NCBI GenBank assembly: GCA_965204525.1
Contig: OZ241994.1
Coordinates: forward strand, 2,791,732-2,855,731
From: Caldilineaceae bacterium
GTDB lineage: Bacteria; Chloroflexota; Anaerolineae; Caldilineales; Caldilineaceae
Direction of reading: 5' to 3'
Length of the DNA stretch: 64,000 nucleotides
Position numbers and translations under genes: made by a program
Notes under the pieces: model-generated
What the model saw: only the letters and a program-made list of their open reading frames with translations
Told to the model about the DNA's origin: nothing
The model's database searches: none
Part shown: positions 27,887 to 37,457 of the stretch, in pieces
Layout of the letters: each line of letters starts with the position of its first letter
Numbering within the stretch: position 1 is the stretch's first letter

Positions 27887-29500
27887 TCAGCGTTCGATCC
27901 AGGTCAGGCGCTGGACGATTTCGCGCAGGAGGGGTTGGAGGGCCTCGAACTGGTCGCTGTGGACGCTGAAGGCGAGGGCGAGGAGGGTCTCGCTGTCTGG
28001 CGACAGGAGCCAGATCTGCCAGACTTCGCTGTTGGTCCCGTGTTCGTGGTAACGGATCGATACGGCCTCTTCGCTGGCGGGTCTCAGGCCCTGCGCCAGT
28101 TCAACGGTGGCGGGTGACAGGCTGTAGGCGTGCCCGGCGGCTTCCTCGGCGTAGCTCTCCAGGCTCACGCCATTGGCCGGGAACGAGAAGAGGAGCATGA
28201 AGTTGCTGGCTTCGCTTTCGGGCGGGGCGGACTGGAGGCCAAGGCCGATTACGGCGTCGTCGCGGCGGTAGCTCATATCGGACACCGTCTGGGCCAGGCC
28301 GGGCGCGTCGACACTGCTGCTGCCGAGCCTGCTGGCTGCGGCGAAGAGCGCCAGGTCGGCCTGGGTGGGGCGGGCCGGGTCGAAGTAGCGCCAGCCGGGG
28401 GGATAAGAGAGCGACAAGCCGCGTTCGCTGTCGTTAGCGGTCAGCCAGCCTGATTCATCGGCCTGGGGCGCGGTCTCCGTACCGGCGGAGGCGGTGACGT
28501 AGGCGCGATGCAGCCAGCCGAGCTGGCCGTTGTACTCGATCTGCCACCAGTCGCCGGCGGCATTGCTGCTGATGACGGCGAACTGCTCATTGACGCTCGC
28601 CTTGCCGACGATCTCATGGTCGGTGCCGGGGCCTGCGCGTACATTCATGTTGAAGTTGAGCGTCACGGTCGGGCCGGAGCGGGGCTGGTGGGCAGGATCT
28701 GCCGCCCACTGGATCCTGCGCACGATCTCGAGGTGCAGCAGCTCCCACCATTCGGAAGAGTCGCCCCAGGAGTCGAAGGCAACCGTCAGAAAGGTCCCGT
28801 TATCGGGCGAAAGAAGGACAACCATCCAGCCGTCGACCACCGCGTCGGGGACGGTGACGGCCCGCTCCCCGTAGGCCTGCGCGGCGTCGATGCCGTAGCG
28901 GATGGTCGCCGTCTGCTCGCCCCAGGGGCGCAGACCAGGACCGACTTCGCCCCGCGCCAGCGAGGCAAAGCCGGAGGCTTCCAGCTGTTCGGTCAGATGT
29001 TGCGCGTACGTATCCAGGGTCCGGCCTTCGCTGGGGACGGCGAGCAGATGAAAGCCGTTGGTGCCGACGGGCTGGGCGTCCGGGTCGAAGGGGAAACCGG
29101 TACCGGCGAAGAGGCGCTCCTGGCCGGTGGGGGTGAGCAGATCGAGGTAGCTCTGTCTCTCTGCAAGGAAAGCGTCGGCCATTTCGTTGTCGCCGAGCTG
29201 CGGGCGCAGCGCGAGGAGCGCCTCAAGTGAGGAGGCGAAGAGCCACCTGTGTGGATGGAAGATCCGGAGGCCGTGGCTCTCGACCTCGACCGCAGGCCAG
29301 CCGTAGAACGGTCCCCCGGTGTTGGAGGGCGTGTCACCGACCGGGAACACGAGCGGGTTGTGGATCGATAGCAGGGGCGCTGCGCGCGCGGCCGCGCTGA
29401 CCGGCCTGTCGGATTCCGGGATGATGGCGTTGCAGGCGGTGAGCAGCAGGGCGGCCACTGTGACGATCGCCCGGAAAGAGGAGCGACAGTTGGCGGTCAT
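27887..29500 (-). CDS. Lipoprotein with a central bacterial SH3 domain flanked by two copies of an unassigned domain
   Basis: ATG 29500 preceded by AAGGAGAAACC. Lipobox LLLTAC. SH3b-like NMNVRAGPGTDHEIVGK...WWQIEYNGQLGWLHRAYV. Confidence 0.65.
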   Translation of the reverse strand: MTANCRSSFRAIVTVAALLLTACNAIIPESDRPVSAAARAAPLLSIHNPLVFPVGDTPSNTGGPFYGWPAVEVESHGLRIFHPHRWLFASSLEALLALRPQLGDNEMADAFLAERQSYLDLLTPTGQERLFAGTGFPFDPDAQPVGTNGFHLLAVPSEGRTLDTYAQHLTEQLEASGFASLARGEVGPGLRPWGEQTATIRYGIDAAQAYGERAVTVPDAVVDGWMVVLLSPDNGTFLTVAFDSWGDSSEWWELLHLEIVRRIQWAADPAHQPRSGPTVTLNFNMNVRAGPGTDHEIVGKASVNEQFAVISSNAAGDWWQIEYNGQLGWLHRAYVTASAGTETAPQADESGWLTANDSERGLSLSYPPGWRYFDPARPTQADLALFAAASRLGSSSVDAPGLAQTVSDMSYRRDDAVIGLGLQSAPPESEASNFMLLFSFPANGVSLESYAEEAAGHAYSLSPATVELAQGLRPASEEAVSIRYHEHGTNSEVWQIWLLSPDSETLLALAFSVHSDQFEALQPLLREIVQRLTWIER

Positions 29501-29725
29501 GGTTTCTCCTTCGATAGCTCCGCAGCCGGCTCGAAGCGCAAAGTCCTGTCGTGCCTGAACATCCCGGCCCGGTGTCCTACCCCGAACCGCAATACTTGGT
29601 ATTGTGCAATTGTACAGGTATTTCCGCAAGGTTATTCTTTGCGAGTCTTTCACTCTACCACAATATTCACGCCCTTGGCGACGAATTCGAGGACCGGTTT
29701 TGGGGTGGGCCGCTGGAAAACTGGT

Positions 29726-30628
29726 TCAGCTTTGGCGGCCGCGCAGGCGGGGGTCGAAGATGTCTCGGAGCCAGTCGCCGAGCAGGTTGGCGCCGAGGAC
29801 GACGAGCATGATGGCGAGGGCGGGGAAGACGCTGGGATGCCAGTCGGTGGTGATGTAGTCGCGGGCGTCGGCGACCATTTTGCCCCAGGTGGGGATGAGC
29901 GTGGAGACGCCGAAGCCGAGAAAGCTGAGGGCGGACTCGGTGAGGATCATGGAGCCGAAGGACAGGGAGGCGGCGACGATGACGGGCGCGACGGCGTTGG
30001 GCAGGATATGGCGGAACATGATGCGGGCGTCGCCGGCGCCGATGGCGCGCGCCGCGTCGACGAAGTCGCGCTCGCGGATGCTGAGCACTTCGCCGCGGAT
30101 GAGGCGGGCGTAGCCGACCCAGGCGCCGATGCCCAGAAAGAGGATGATGTTGAGAAGCCCGCCGCCGATGAAGGCGACCGCGGCGATGAGCAGGACGAGG
30201 AAGGGGATCGCTGTCTGCGTGTCGGCGACGCGCATGATGATGTCGCCGGCAAGGCCGCCGCGGTAGCCGGCGATGAGGCCCATGACGATGCCGGAGGCGA
30301 TGCCGACGATGGTGGCGGAGAAGCCGATGAGAAGGGAGATGCGGGAGCCGACGAGGACGCGGCTGAAGACGTCGCGGCCGAGGTTGTCCGTGCCCATGAT
30401 GCCGGTGCCGTTTTCGAAGTCGAGCCAGGCCGGTTTGGCGAAGGGGTTGCCGAGGTCGATGGCGATGGGGTCGTGGGGGGCGAGGAGGGGCCCGAAGATG
30501 GCCATGAAGGCGAAGCCGAGGAGGAGTAAGCCGCCGACGATGCCCTGGCGGTGGGTCCAGGCCTCTCCCCATAGGCTGCGGTGCGGGTTGCGGGCGAGTA
30601 TGCTTCTCTGCTCTATGATGGTGGACAT
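29726..30628 (-). CDS. Peptide/nickel ABC transporter permease (DppC/OppC type)
   Basis: 300 aa. The N-terminal LLAPHDP motif and BPD-transporter core are typical of DppC. Confidence 0.85.
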   Translation of the reverse strand: MSTIIEQRSILARNPHRSLWGEAWTHRQGIVGGLLLLGFAFMAIFGPLLAPHDPIAIDLGNPFAKPAWLDFENGTGIMGTDNLGRDVFSRVLVGSRISLLIGFSATIVGIASGIVMGLIAGYRGGLAGDIIMRVADTQTAIPFLVLLIAAVAFIGGGLLNIILFLGIGAWVGYARLIRGEVLSIRERDFVDAARAIGAGDARIMFRHILPNAVAPVIVAASLSFGSMILTESALSFLGFGVSTLIPTWGKMVADARDYITTDWHPSVFPALAIMLVVLGANLLGDWLRDIFDPRLRGRQS

Positions 30629-30665
30629 TGTTGTTGGTGCATTGGCGGTGGGCGGGCCGGCGGCA

Positions 30666-31601
30666 TTAGCGGTGGCGGACGCGCGGATCGACCATGACGT
30701 AGACGAGGTCCATGACGAGGAATGTGACGACGGTCAGGACGGAGAAGAGAATGACGTCGAGAAAGACGACGGGATAGTCGCGGGCCATGACCGACTGGGC
30801 CATGAGGTTGCCGACGCCGGGCCAGGAGAAGACGACTTCGACGACGACGACGGTGCCGATCAGATGCGGCAGCGATGAGAGCGTGACGGTGATGACCGAC
30901 AGGCTGCCGTTGCGGAGGGCGTGGCCGAAGATGACGGCGCGCTCGGCGAGGCCCTTGGCGCGGGCGGTGCGCACGTAGTCCTGGCCCAGGGCTTCGAGCA
31001 TGCCGGAACGGGCGATGCGGGCGACGGTGGCGATGAGGCCGGTGGAGAGGGTGACGGCGGGCAGGATCAGGTGCTTCCAGGTGCCGACGCCGGATGTCGG
31101 CAGGAGCCTGAGCTGCACGGAAAAGATGAGGATGAGGACGATGGCGAGAAAAAACTGGGGCGTCACGATGCCGAGGACCGCGCCCATGGTGGCGGCGGTG
31201 TCGATTATGGTGCCGCGGCGCAGCGCGGCGATGATGCCGAGGGGCAGGCCGAGGACGATGCCGAGGACGAGGGCGGCGCCCCCGAGGCGCAGACTGTTGG
31301 GCAGGCGTTCGAAGATGACGGTGGTGGTGGGCACGCCGTAGCGGAAGGAGTGGCCGAAGTCCAGTTGCAGCGTGCGTTGCCAGAAGACGGCGTACTGGAT
31401 GATGGGGTGCTTGTCCAGCCCCATCTTGCGGCGGATCTCCTCGTACTCCTCCTTGATCTCCTCGGCAGTGCGGTTCGGATCCAGGTTGACGCCGAGGCTG
31501 GCGGGATCGCCGGACACGCGGATCAGGAAAAAGACCAGCGTTACGACCATGAATATGACAAGGAGCGCCTGCAGCAGGCGGCGAATAACAAAGGCGCGCA
31601 T
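30666..31601 (-). CDS. Peptide/nickel ABC transporter permease (DppB/OppB type)
   Basis: ATG 31601 gives MRAFVIRRLLQALLVIFMVVTLVFFLIRVSGDP, the canonical DppB N-terminus. Confidence 0.85.
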   Translation of the reverse strand: MRAFVIRRLLQALLVIFMVVTLVFFLIRVSGDPASLGVNLDPNRTAEEIKEEYEEIRRKMGLDKHPIIQYAVFWQRTLQLDFGHSFRYGVPTTTVIFERLPNSLRLGGAALVLGIVLGLPLGIIAALRRGTIIDTAATMGAVLGIVTPQFFLAIVLILIFSVQLRLLPTSGVGTWKHLILPAVTLSTGLIATVARIARSGMLEALGQDYVRTARAKGLAERAVIFGHALRNGSLSVITVTLSSLPHLIGTVVVVEVVFSWPGVGNLMAQSVMARDYPVVFLDVILFSVLTVVTFLVMDLVYVMVDPRVRHR

Positions 31602-31688
31602 AGTTAAGGCGAGGAGTGAGTGAGGGGTTCTCTCACTCCTCACTCCTCTCCACTCTCTCCTCGCTGTTCCCTCTCTCCTCGCTGTCCC

Positions 31689-33248
31689 CTATTCGGTCGG
31701 GATGAAGATCTCGAACGACTTGCTGAAGGACAGTTCCGGCAGGCCCGGGCTGAGGGCGTAGAGGGCCGGAATGGTGTAGGCGTGCAGGGCCTGGGCGTTG
31801 TCGCAGATGTAGGCGGCGATATCTTTGACCACGGCCTCGCGTTCGACCGGGTCGGCGATGGTGCGCTTGGCGGCCGTCATTTCAAGGAAACCGGGATCCG
31901 GCGCGCTGTCGCCCACAGGGCCCCACATGGAGGTTGTGTTGTCGCTCAGGTACCAGTTGAGGCCGATGTTCATGATCGGCGGCAGGGTCTGGTCGATCAG
32001 CTCCTGCAGCCAGACGGAGGACTCCGGGTACTCCATCTCGACGGTGATGCCGACCTGGGCCCACTGGGCCGCGAGGGCGTCCATGAAGGTGCGGTCGCGG
32101 AAGTAGCGGCCGGTGGTGGCGGAGCCTGTGATGGTGAAGCCGTCGGGATAGCCGGCCTCGGCGAGGAGCGCTTTGGCCTTTTCAGGATCGTAGGGATAGG
32201 TCTGGACGTCGGGGTTGTAGCCGAAGCCGCCGGGGGCGACGATCTGGCAGTCGAGCTTGGTGCCGAAGCCGCCGGCGATGGTGTTCCACATGCCGTCGAG
32301 GTCGACCGAGTAGAGCATGGCCTGGCGCACGCGCACGTCATTCAGGATTTCGTTGCGGCCGTAGATGTTGATGCCGACGTACATGCTCTGCATGCTGTCG
32401 CCGGCGTAGAGCTCGAACCCTTCGGCGGTCAGGCTTTCGATCTGGTCCGGGGGCACGTGGGCCGCGATGTGGATCTCACCGCTCTTGAGGGCGGCGACGC
32501 GCACGGCCGCTTCCGGCATGTGGCGGAAGGTCACTTTTTCGATGACGGCCGGGCCGTCGGGGTGGTCTTCCCAGCGTTCGAGGGTGATGTAGCTGTCGCG
32601 CTGCCAGGAGGAGAACTTGTAGGGGCCGGTGCCGACCGGCTCTTCGATGTAGCCGTCAAGGCCGACCGCTTCAAGGTGGTCGGGCGCGAGCGGCATGTGG
32701 TTGGCGAAGAGGTTGGCCCAGCGATCGAGCGGTTCGATCAGCGTGAACTCCATGGTGTAGTCGTCGATCACTTCGTAGGACTCGAAGTCGTTGAGCTGGC
32801 GGAAGGACCAGGTGAACTTCTGCGGGTCGGCGTCTCTGAGCAGCTCAAAGCTCTTGGCCAGGCCGGGCGCGGTCAGGATTTCGCCGTTGTGGAACTCGAT
32901 GCCTTGCTTGATGACGATACGGACGGTGACGTCGTCGACCAGCTCCATGGATTCGAGCAGGACGGGGTCGATGGCGCCGGTCTCTTCATTGAGTTCGGCC
33001 AGGGTCTCGTACAGCAGTTTGGAGAAGATGCGTGACTGCAGCGATGGGACGGTGTTGCCCACGAGTGTGACGGGCAGGGCGCCCATGCCGATGATCATCT
33101 CTTCCGGGTAGCCTTCTTCGGCCATTTCGCCGGCAGCCATGTCGCCGGACTCGGCGGCGCCGGTGTCGGCGGGGACACAGGCGGTCATGACGAACAGGGC
33201 GAGGAGCGCGGCCAGAATTGAGAGTGTGCGGATACGTCGTGCGAGCAT
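31689..33248 (-). CDS. Peptide ABC substrate-binding lipoprotein (SBP family 5)
   Basis: ATG preceded by AGGAG. Lipobox FVMTAC. Family-5 layout, 519 aa. Confidence 0.85.
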   Translation of the reverse strand: MLARRIRTLSILAALLALFVMTACVPADTGAAESGDMAAGEMAEEGYPEEMIIGMGALPVTLVGNTVPSLQSRIFSKLLYETLAELNEETGAIDPVLLESMELVDDVTVRIVIKQGIEFHNGEILTAPGLAKSFELLRDADPQKFTWSFRQLNDFESYEVIDDYTMEFTLIEPLDRWANLFANHMPLAPDHLEAVGLDGYIEEPVGTGPYKFSSWQRDSYITLERWEDHPDGPAVIEKVTFRHMPEAAVRVAALKSGEIHIAAHVPPDQIESLTAEGFELYAGDSMQSMYVGINIYGRNEILNDVRVRQAMLYSVDLDGMWNTIAGGFGTKLDCQIVAPGGFGYNPDVQTYPYDPEKAKALLAEAGYPDGFTITGSATTGRYFRDRTFMDALAAQWAQVGITVEMEYPESSVWLQELIDQTLPPIMNIGLNWYLSDNTTSMWGPVGDSAPDPGFLEMTAAKRTIADPVEREAVVKDIAAYICDNAQALHAYTIPALYALSPGLPELSFSKSFEIFIPTE

Positions 33249-33419
33249 TCTTTACTCCTGTGCGGTTGTGAAGATTGAAGGATCTGTATGGCACAGTTCA
33301 GGTGAACTGTATGACGCTGTTTTGTGGAGCCGTGGCTAGTTTACACGATAGGTGCTGATAATGCACAAATGCGGGGTGGGTGGCGGCAGGTCTTCGGCAG
33401 GGGGATTTTGAGTCAAGAA

Positions 33420-34439
33420 CTATGACTCATTTGGTAAACTGTCATCTTCCTTGAGCAGGTTCCTTTCGGCTTCGACCGCACGCAGGGCGGTCACAAGATC
33501 AGCCACTGAGACAGTCTTTGCCGGCCCGAAGACTCTTTCCTCCTGTATCTCGCTGGCGTAGTCTTCTTCGACTTCCCGAGTCAGTTCCATTACCTGTCTA
33601 AGCTGGTCTTGCAGGATCTCTGCGGCGTTTTCGGCTTCGCCGGGTTCGGCGGCAGGCAGGTCTCCCACTTTGACGCCGGCCGGCAGTTCGTCGAAGGTCT
33701 GGCCTGTCAGAGGATCAGGCGCCGGTCCCGGATCGTTTTCGAGGTCGCGCCCGGCTTCTTCCATGGCGACGCGCATCTGGGCCAGAATGCCGCGTACGGT
33801 GGGCAGTTGATCCGCGCCAAAGCCGGTGACGGCAACTACTTCTCTCAGATCGTCAAGGTCCTGTTGGGTGTAGCGGGTGAGACGCTGGTAGCCGAAGCGT
33901 CGTCTGCCGGCGTCGGTCAGGACCGGCTGGGCGGGCACGTTCTCACCCTCGGTCTGCAGGCTCTCCAGCGTTACAAGCCCCTGGCCGATCAGGAAATCTA
34001 TCCTGTACTGGTTCTGCCGGGCGGCGATGGCGTCGGCCTTGTCGAGGAGGTCCGGGTCGCCGATGCCGCCGGCGACCTGGGCGGCCGCGACCGCGTCTTC
34101 CTCGTCGCGAATCAGGTCCATTTCAGAGTCGGCAAGGCGGTAGAGATTGACCAGCACTCTTGCGGCGCGGCTGAGGGCGGAAAGCGCGGCGGGCTCGATC
34201 TCCCCTGCCTCCAGGCCGTCCATGCCTTTGTTCAGCTTTTCTATGGGACCGCGCAGGCGGTCGGGCACGCGTTTGTCGGCCCTGGCCGCGGCCGACGACG
34301 CCTGGCCGCCTTTCGAGCGCCACTCCCTTACTATGTCTGGAGGGCCGTGGGCGATGCAGTAGCCGCCGAACTTTTCCTGTCCGAGACCCTGACAGGGCTG
34401 TCCGTCCTTTCTGAGGGCTTTGCAGAGTGTCTTGGGCAT
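33420..34439 (-). CDS. Hypothetical protein with an N-terminal Cys/His knuckle (C-x7-C...C-x2-H)
   Basis: ATG 34439 preceded by GGAGGAGAC. MPKTLCKALRKDGQPCQGLGQEKFGGYCIAHG, followed by a helical, acidic remainder. No family recognised. Confidence 0.5.
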   Translation of the reverse strand: MPKTLCKALRKDGQPCQGLGQEKFGGYCIAHGPPDIVREWRSKGGQASSAAARADKRVPDRLRGPIEKLNKGMDGLEAGEIEPAALSALSRAARVLVNLYRLADSEMDLIRDEEDAVAAAQVAGGIGDPDLLDKADAIAARQNQYRIDFLIGQGLVTLESLQTEGENVPAQPVLTDAGRRRFGYQRLTRYTQQDLDDLREVVAVTGFGADQLPTVRGILAQMRVAMEEAGRDLENDPGPAPDPLTGQTFDELPAGVKVGDLPAAEPGEAENAAEILQDQLRQVMELTREVEEDYASEIQEERVFGPAKTVSVADLVTALRAVEAERNLLKEDDSLPNES

Positions 34440-35277
34440 TGTCTCCTCCATCTGTTTGGGCGGCAGGCTGATCCGGCCGTGGCGCCGAGTTTCGGGGTGG
34501 TGGCGGCATGTTGCCGCCGAATCTGTCATGCTCTGAACGAACTGCCGGTTCCGTCCCGGCCAACCGGTCTTGCAGTTGCCGTCTTCGCGCTCTGCCTGTG
34601 AATGCGGGGCTTTGTGGGCTTGACTGCGTAAATGCAGAATGTGAGCTGAGGAAAGCCTGCGAATTGACAGAGGACGAACCAGAACTATTGTGCTGCACAA
34701 TACCCTGACGGTCAAGTCTCATCAGGGAAATTACGGCAGTATTGTGCGTCAAACTTCCTGGTTTCGTGGCCTGAGCGACTTCGCCGACTTTCCGTAGGGA
34801 TTACGGAGATTGGGCGTAGGCGTATCGTATAGAAGCGGTCTCTTATGGTTGCAAAAGTCGAAATAGCCGGTCAAGCCGGGGTGCAGTTGAGGCGCCGTGT
34901 CATACCGGTTAAGACAGATGATCTCAACTTTCACGCTGTGCCATAGGCGTTCGCAGAGGACGTGGGCTTAGGGGAGTGGAGTGCGAGTGGAGGGAGGTCG
35001 TCATCAGAATGATATGGCTGCCGCTCTTGACTTGAACCCTTTTCAAACAGGATCTTGCGTTCAGCCGGCCCGGATCACCGCGGCGCCGGCAACGGCCGTA
35101 AGTACGGGGGCCGGCAGTACTGCTCCAACGGTTGCAGACGCGCGCTTGGACCAGGAACCGGACTGGCCCTGGCATCTGCGGCTATCTCCTGGATACTACG
35201 CCTGTCATGCGGGAGACAGCTCCGTAGGAAATCGAGGAGGCGAAGGGGCGCCAGGGCAGGCCAATACGCTGGTCACG

Positions 35278-36186
35278 TCACTGCTCCTCCCTCTTCCCTG
35301 GCGCTGTACAATTTTTGTTCAATTGTTCGTCGACGGCGGCGGGATCATCACTTCTGTTCTGCGTGTAGAGTTCACGGGTTATCTCGCATCTGCGATAGTC
35401 AAAACTCGACTCCGACCCTCCACTCCCCACGCTGTCGTCTTCTGACGATCCTTCCGCAGCCGCGGGCGAGATGGTCGGTGTCACCGCGAGCGCGGAGGGA
35501 GACCTCTCTTGAGAAGCTTGTCCAGGCGCAGATTCGTCGGCCGCCTTGAGCACAGACGGGTACGTCGGTGTCGCCGTGGGCGCAGACGGAGAGGTCGCTG
35601 TCGCCGTAGGCGCGGCCGGGTACGTCGGTGTCGCCGTGGGCGCGGGCGGAAAGGTCGCCGTCGCCGTGGGCGTGGCTGTTGCTGCCGGTGTCGGCGTGGC
35701 TGTGTGCGTTGGCGTGGCTGTCGCCGAGAGCTTAACGCCTTCCGCCGGACCGGGATTTTCCACCAGTTGCGATTGAGACTCCTGCCGGTCGGCGACCGCG
35801 CCAGCCGGCGGCGCGGCTACCGTCGCGTTCACTTCGTTCGACCACATACCCCACGCGCCGTTGGCGTCCACCGCGACGATGATGTAGTAGTAGGTCGTCC
35901 CAGCCGTTAGATCCTCATGGCTGTACGATGTCGCTGTCAGGTCGCCGTCATCAAGGCGTTGCCAGTCTTGGAGACCGTCCCGCCACGCCCACAGCGCGTA
36001 GCGGACGGCGCCCGGGACCGCCGTCCAGCTGAGCTCCACCCGGTTCGCCTTCGTATCGTCCGCTGTCAGCGCCGGCGCGGCCAGAACGGTCCCGGTTTGC
36101 GCATGAGTTACCGGGGACAGGATGGAGATGACTGCGGCAGTCAGGAGCAGTACAGCTGGGATCAGAATGTGCGATAGGCGTTTCAT
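35278..36186 (-). CDS. Secreted fibronectin-type-III domain protein with PT-rich repeats
   Basis: Signal peptide MKRLSHILIPAVLLLTAAV. FN3 motif VELSWTAVPGAVRYALWAW...TAGTTYYYIIVAVDANG. PTATPTYP-type repeats. Confidence 0.75.
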   Translation of the reverse strand: MKRLSHILIPAVLLLTAAVISILSPVTHAQTGTVLAAPALTADDTKANRVELSWTAVPGAVRYALWAWRDGLQDWQRLDDGDLTATSYSHEDLTAGTTYYYIIVAVDANGAWGMWSNEVNATVAAPPAGAVADRQESQSQLVENPGPAEGVKLSATATPTHTATPTPAATATPTATATFPPAPTATPTYPAAPTATATSPSAPTATPTYPSVLKAADESAPGQASQERSPSALAVTPTISPAAAEGSSEDDSVGSGGSESSFDYRRCEITRELYTQNRSDDPAAVDEQLNKNCTAPGKREEQ

Positions 36187-36210
36187 GGTTGATGATTTCC
36201 TGAGATCCCC

Positions 36211-37134
36211 CTACCAGGCCGAGTGGTTCACCTCGTAGCTTGTGTCGACGGTGAAGATGTAGGGCTTGTCCTTACTGTAAGGCGTATCCGCGTAGTAGGT
36301 GCTGACCCGGATCACCTTCTGATTGGGCAGGTAGTCGATCTGAACCGGCTTGCCTGACATGGGATTCGTCCCGCGGTACAACTCCACCACGGCCTGAACC
36401 AGCGAATGCGTCTCCGCCAACTCGTTGAATGAGGACAGATACGGCCCTGTCTGAACGCCGCCTGGCCCGATGAAATAGTACTGAAGCCCCTCGTCGGTTA
36501 CGCACAGTTGCGCTGGCGTAGCGGCATGCTTCACGATGCAGGGCGTGCTTGGCCTTGGCGCCGCTGCGGCCTTGGCATGGCCGGCGCTGGTTGCTGTCGG
36601 CATGGCCGCGCTGGTTGCCGTCGGCATGGCCGCGCTGGTTGCGTTTGGCATGGCCGTGCTGGTCGGAAGCGGCACGTTCGTCGCCACGTTCGCCGGCATG
36701 GCCGTGTACGTGGCCGTTGGCGTATTGGTCGGCGTCGGTGTACTGGTCTGCTGCGGCAAGGGCGGCCTCACGACCGGAGGCCGGGCCGTGTTCGTGGCCG
36801 TCGGCGTATTGGTTGCCGTCGGCGTATTGGTCGGCGTCGGCGTATTGGTTGCCGCCGGTGTGTGGGTAGGTGTATGAGTCGGTGTGTGGGTAGGTGTATG
36901 AGTCGGTGTGTGTGTCGGCGTGTTGGTTACTGTCGGCGTGCTGGTCGGCGGCTCCGGCGTGTGCGGGTCGCATTCTTCTCCGGCAAGCTGACGATCATGT
37001 GTGGGGGGGTCACCGTCAAGACAGGAATGCGCCATCACCGTTGTCGCGTCCTGCGCCATCCAGACCAGGCCGACGACCAGGGCAAGGGCGCCCAGGATCA
37101 TCAGCGTCAGCGAACGTCTCTTATGTTTCTGCAT
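36211..37134 (-). CDS. Secreted/anchored PT-repeat protein, paralogue of the gene at 1..417
   Basis: N-terminal TM/signal segment, (PTHT)n and (PTATSAAM)3 repeats, and a conserved C-terminal domain shared with 1..417. ATG at 37134 (TTG at 37137 in the track). Confidence 0.75.
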   Translation of the reverse strand: MQKHKRRSLTLMILGALALVVGLVWMAQDATTVMAHSCLDGDPPTHDRQLAGEECDPHTPEPPTSTPTVTNTPTHTPTHTPTHTPTHTPTHTPAATNTPTPTNTPTATNTPTATNTARPPVVRPPLPQQTSTPTPTNTPTATYTAMPANVATNVPLPTSTAMPNATSAAMPTATSAAMPTATSAGHAKAAAAPRPSTPCIVKHAATPAQLCVTDEGLQYYFIGPGGVQTGPYLSSFNELAETHSLVQAVVELYRGTNPMSGKPVQIDYLPNQKVIRVSTYYADTPYSKDKPYIFTVDTSYEVNHSAW

Positions 37135-37244
37135 CAAGAACCGCCTCTCCCGATTTCATCAAATGTGGCTGTCTGTATCGGATCGGAACTGAAGGTAGAC
37201 AGGTGTATGGCAGCCATACAGCCGCCGGCCTGACGCTGCGATAT

Positions 37245-37392
37245 AGTATACAGCATTTTGCGTGACATATGTGTGAAAAATGGCGGTTTTTTCGCGCCGG
37301 TTTCGTGCCAGTATTGTGCCAATATGGTCATACGTGGTGGAACCGGGGACGTCCGGGCCGCAGGCAACCCGTATCGGGGCCGCTTTCAGCCG
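37245..37392 (-). repeat. Conserved 148-bp upstream element, copy 1 (5' of 36211..37134)
   Basis: Aligns with few mismatches to 40645..40792. Lies 111-258 nt upstream of the start codon. Confidence 0.8.
37306..37321 (-). promoter_or_regulatory. Sigma-54-like -24/-12 motif (TGGCACAATACTGGCA) inside the conserved element
   Basis: Minus strand reads TGGCAC-A-ATAC-TGGC-A versus the consensus TGGCACG-N4-TTGCW, with canonical GG...GC spacing. It can also be read as a TGGCAC direct repeat. Confidence 0.3.
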
Positions 37393-37403
37393 GACCGGAT
37401 CAC

Positions 37404-37441
37404 GGCGGCGCCGGTGGTGTCAGCGTGCCACCGGCGCCGCC
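37404..37441 (-). terminator. Strong GC hairpin 17 nt downstream of the 1010-aa gene stop
   Basis: GGCGGCGCCGGTGG-(10 nt)-CCACCGGCGCCGCC is a perfect 14-bp stem. No clear U-tract follows. Confidence 0.45.
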
Positions 37442-37457
37442 CTCTGTCCGGCGATCT

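Noticed and set aside
36540-36940. Regular 24-bp periodic repeats here, and at 38440-38660 and 35540-35720, that could at first glance suggest a CRISPR-like array.
   Set aside because: The units are contiguous with no unique spacers. They are in-frame inside long ORFs and encode (PTHT)n, (PTATSAAM)n and (TPTPTA)n linkers. No cas genes are present.
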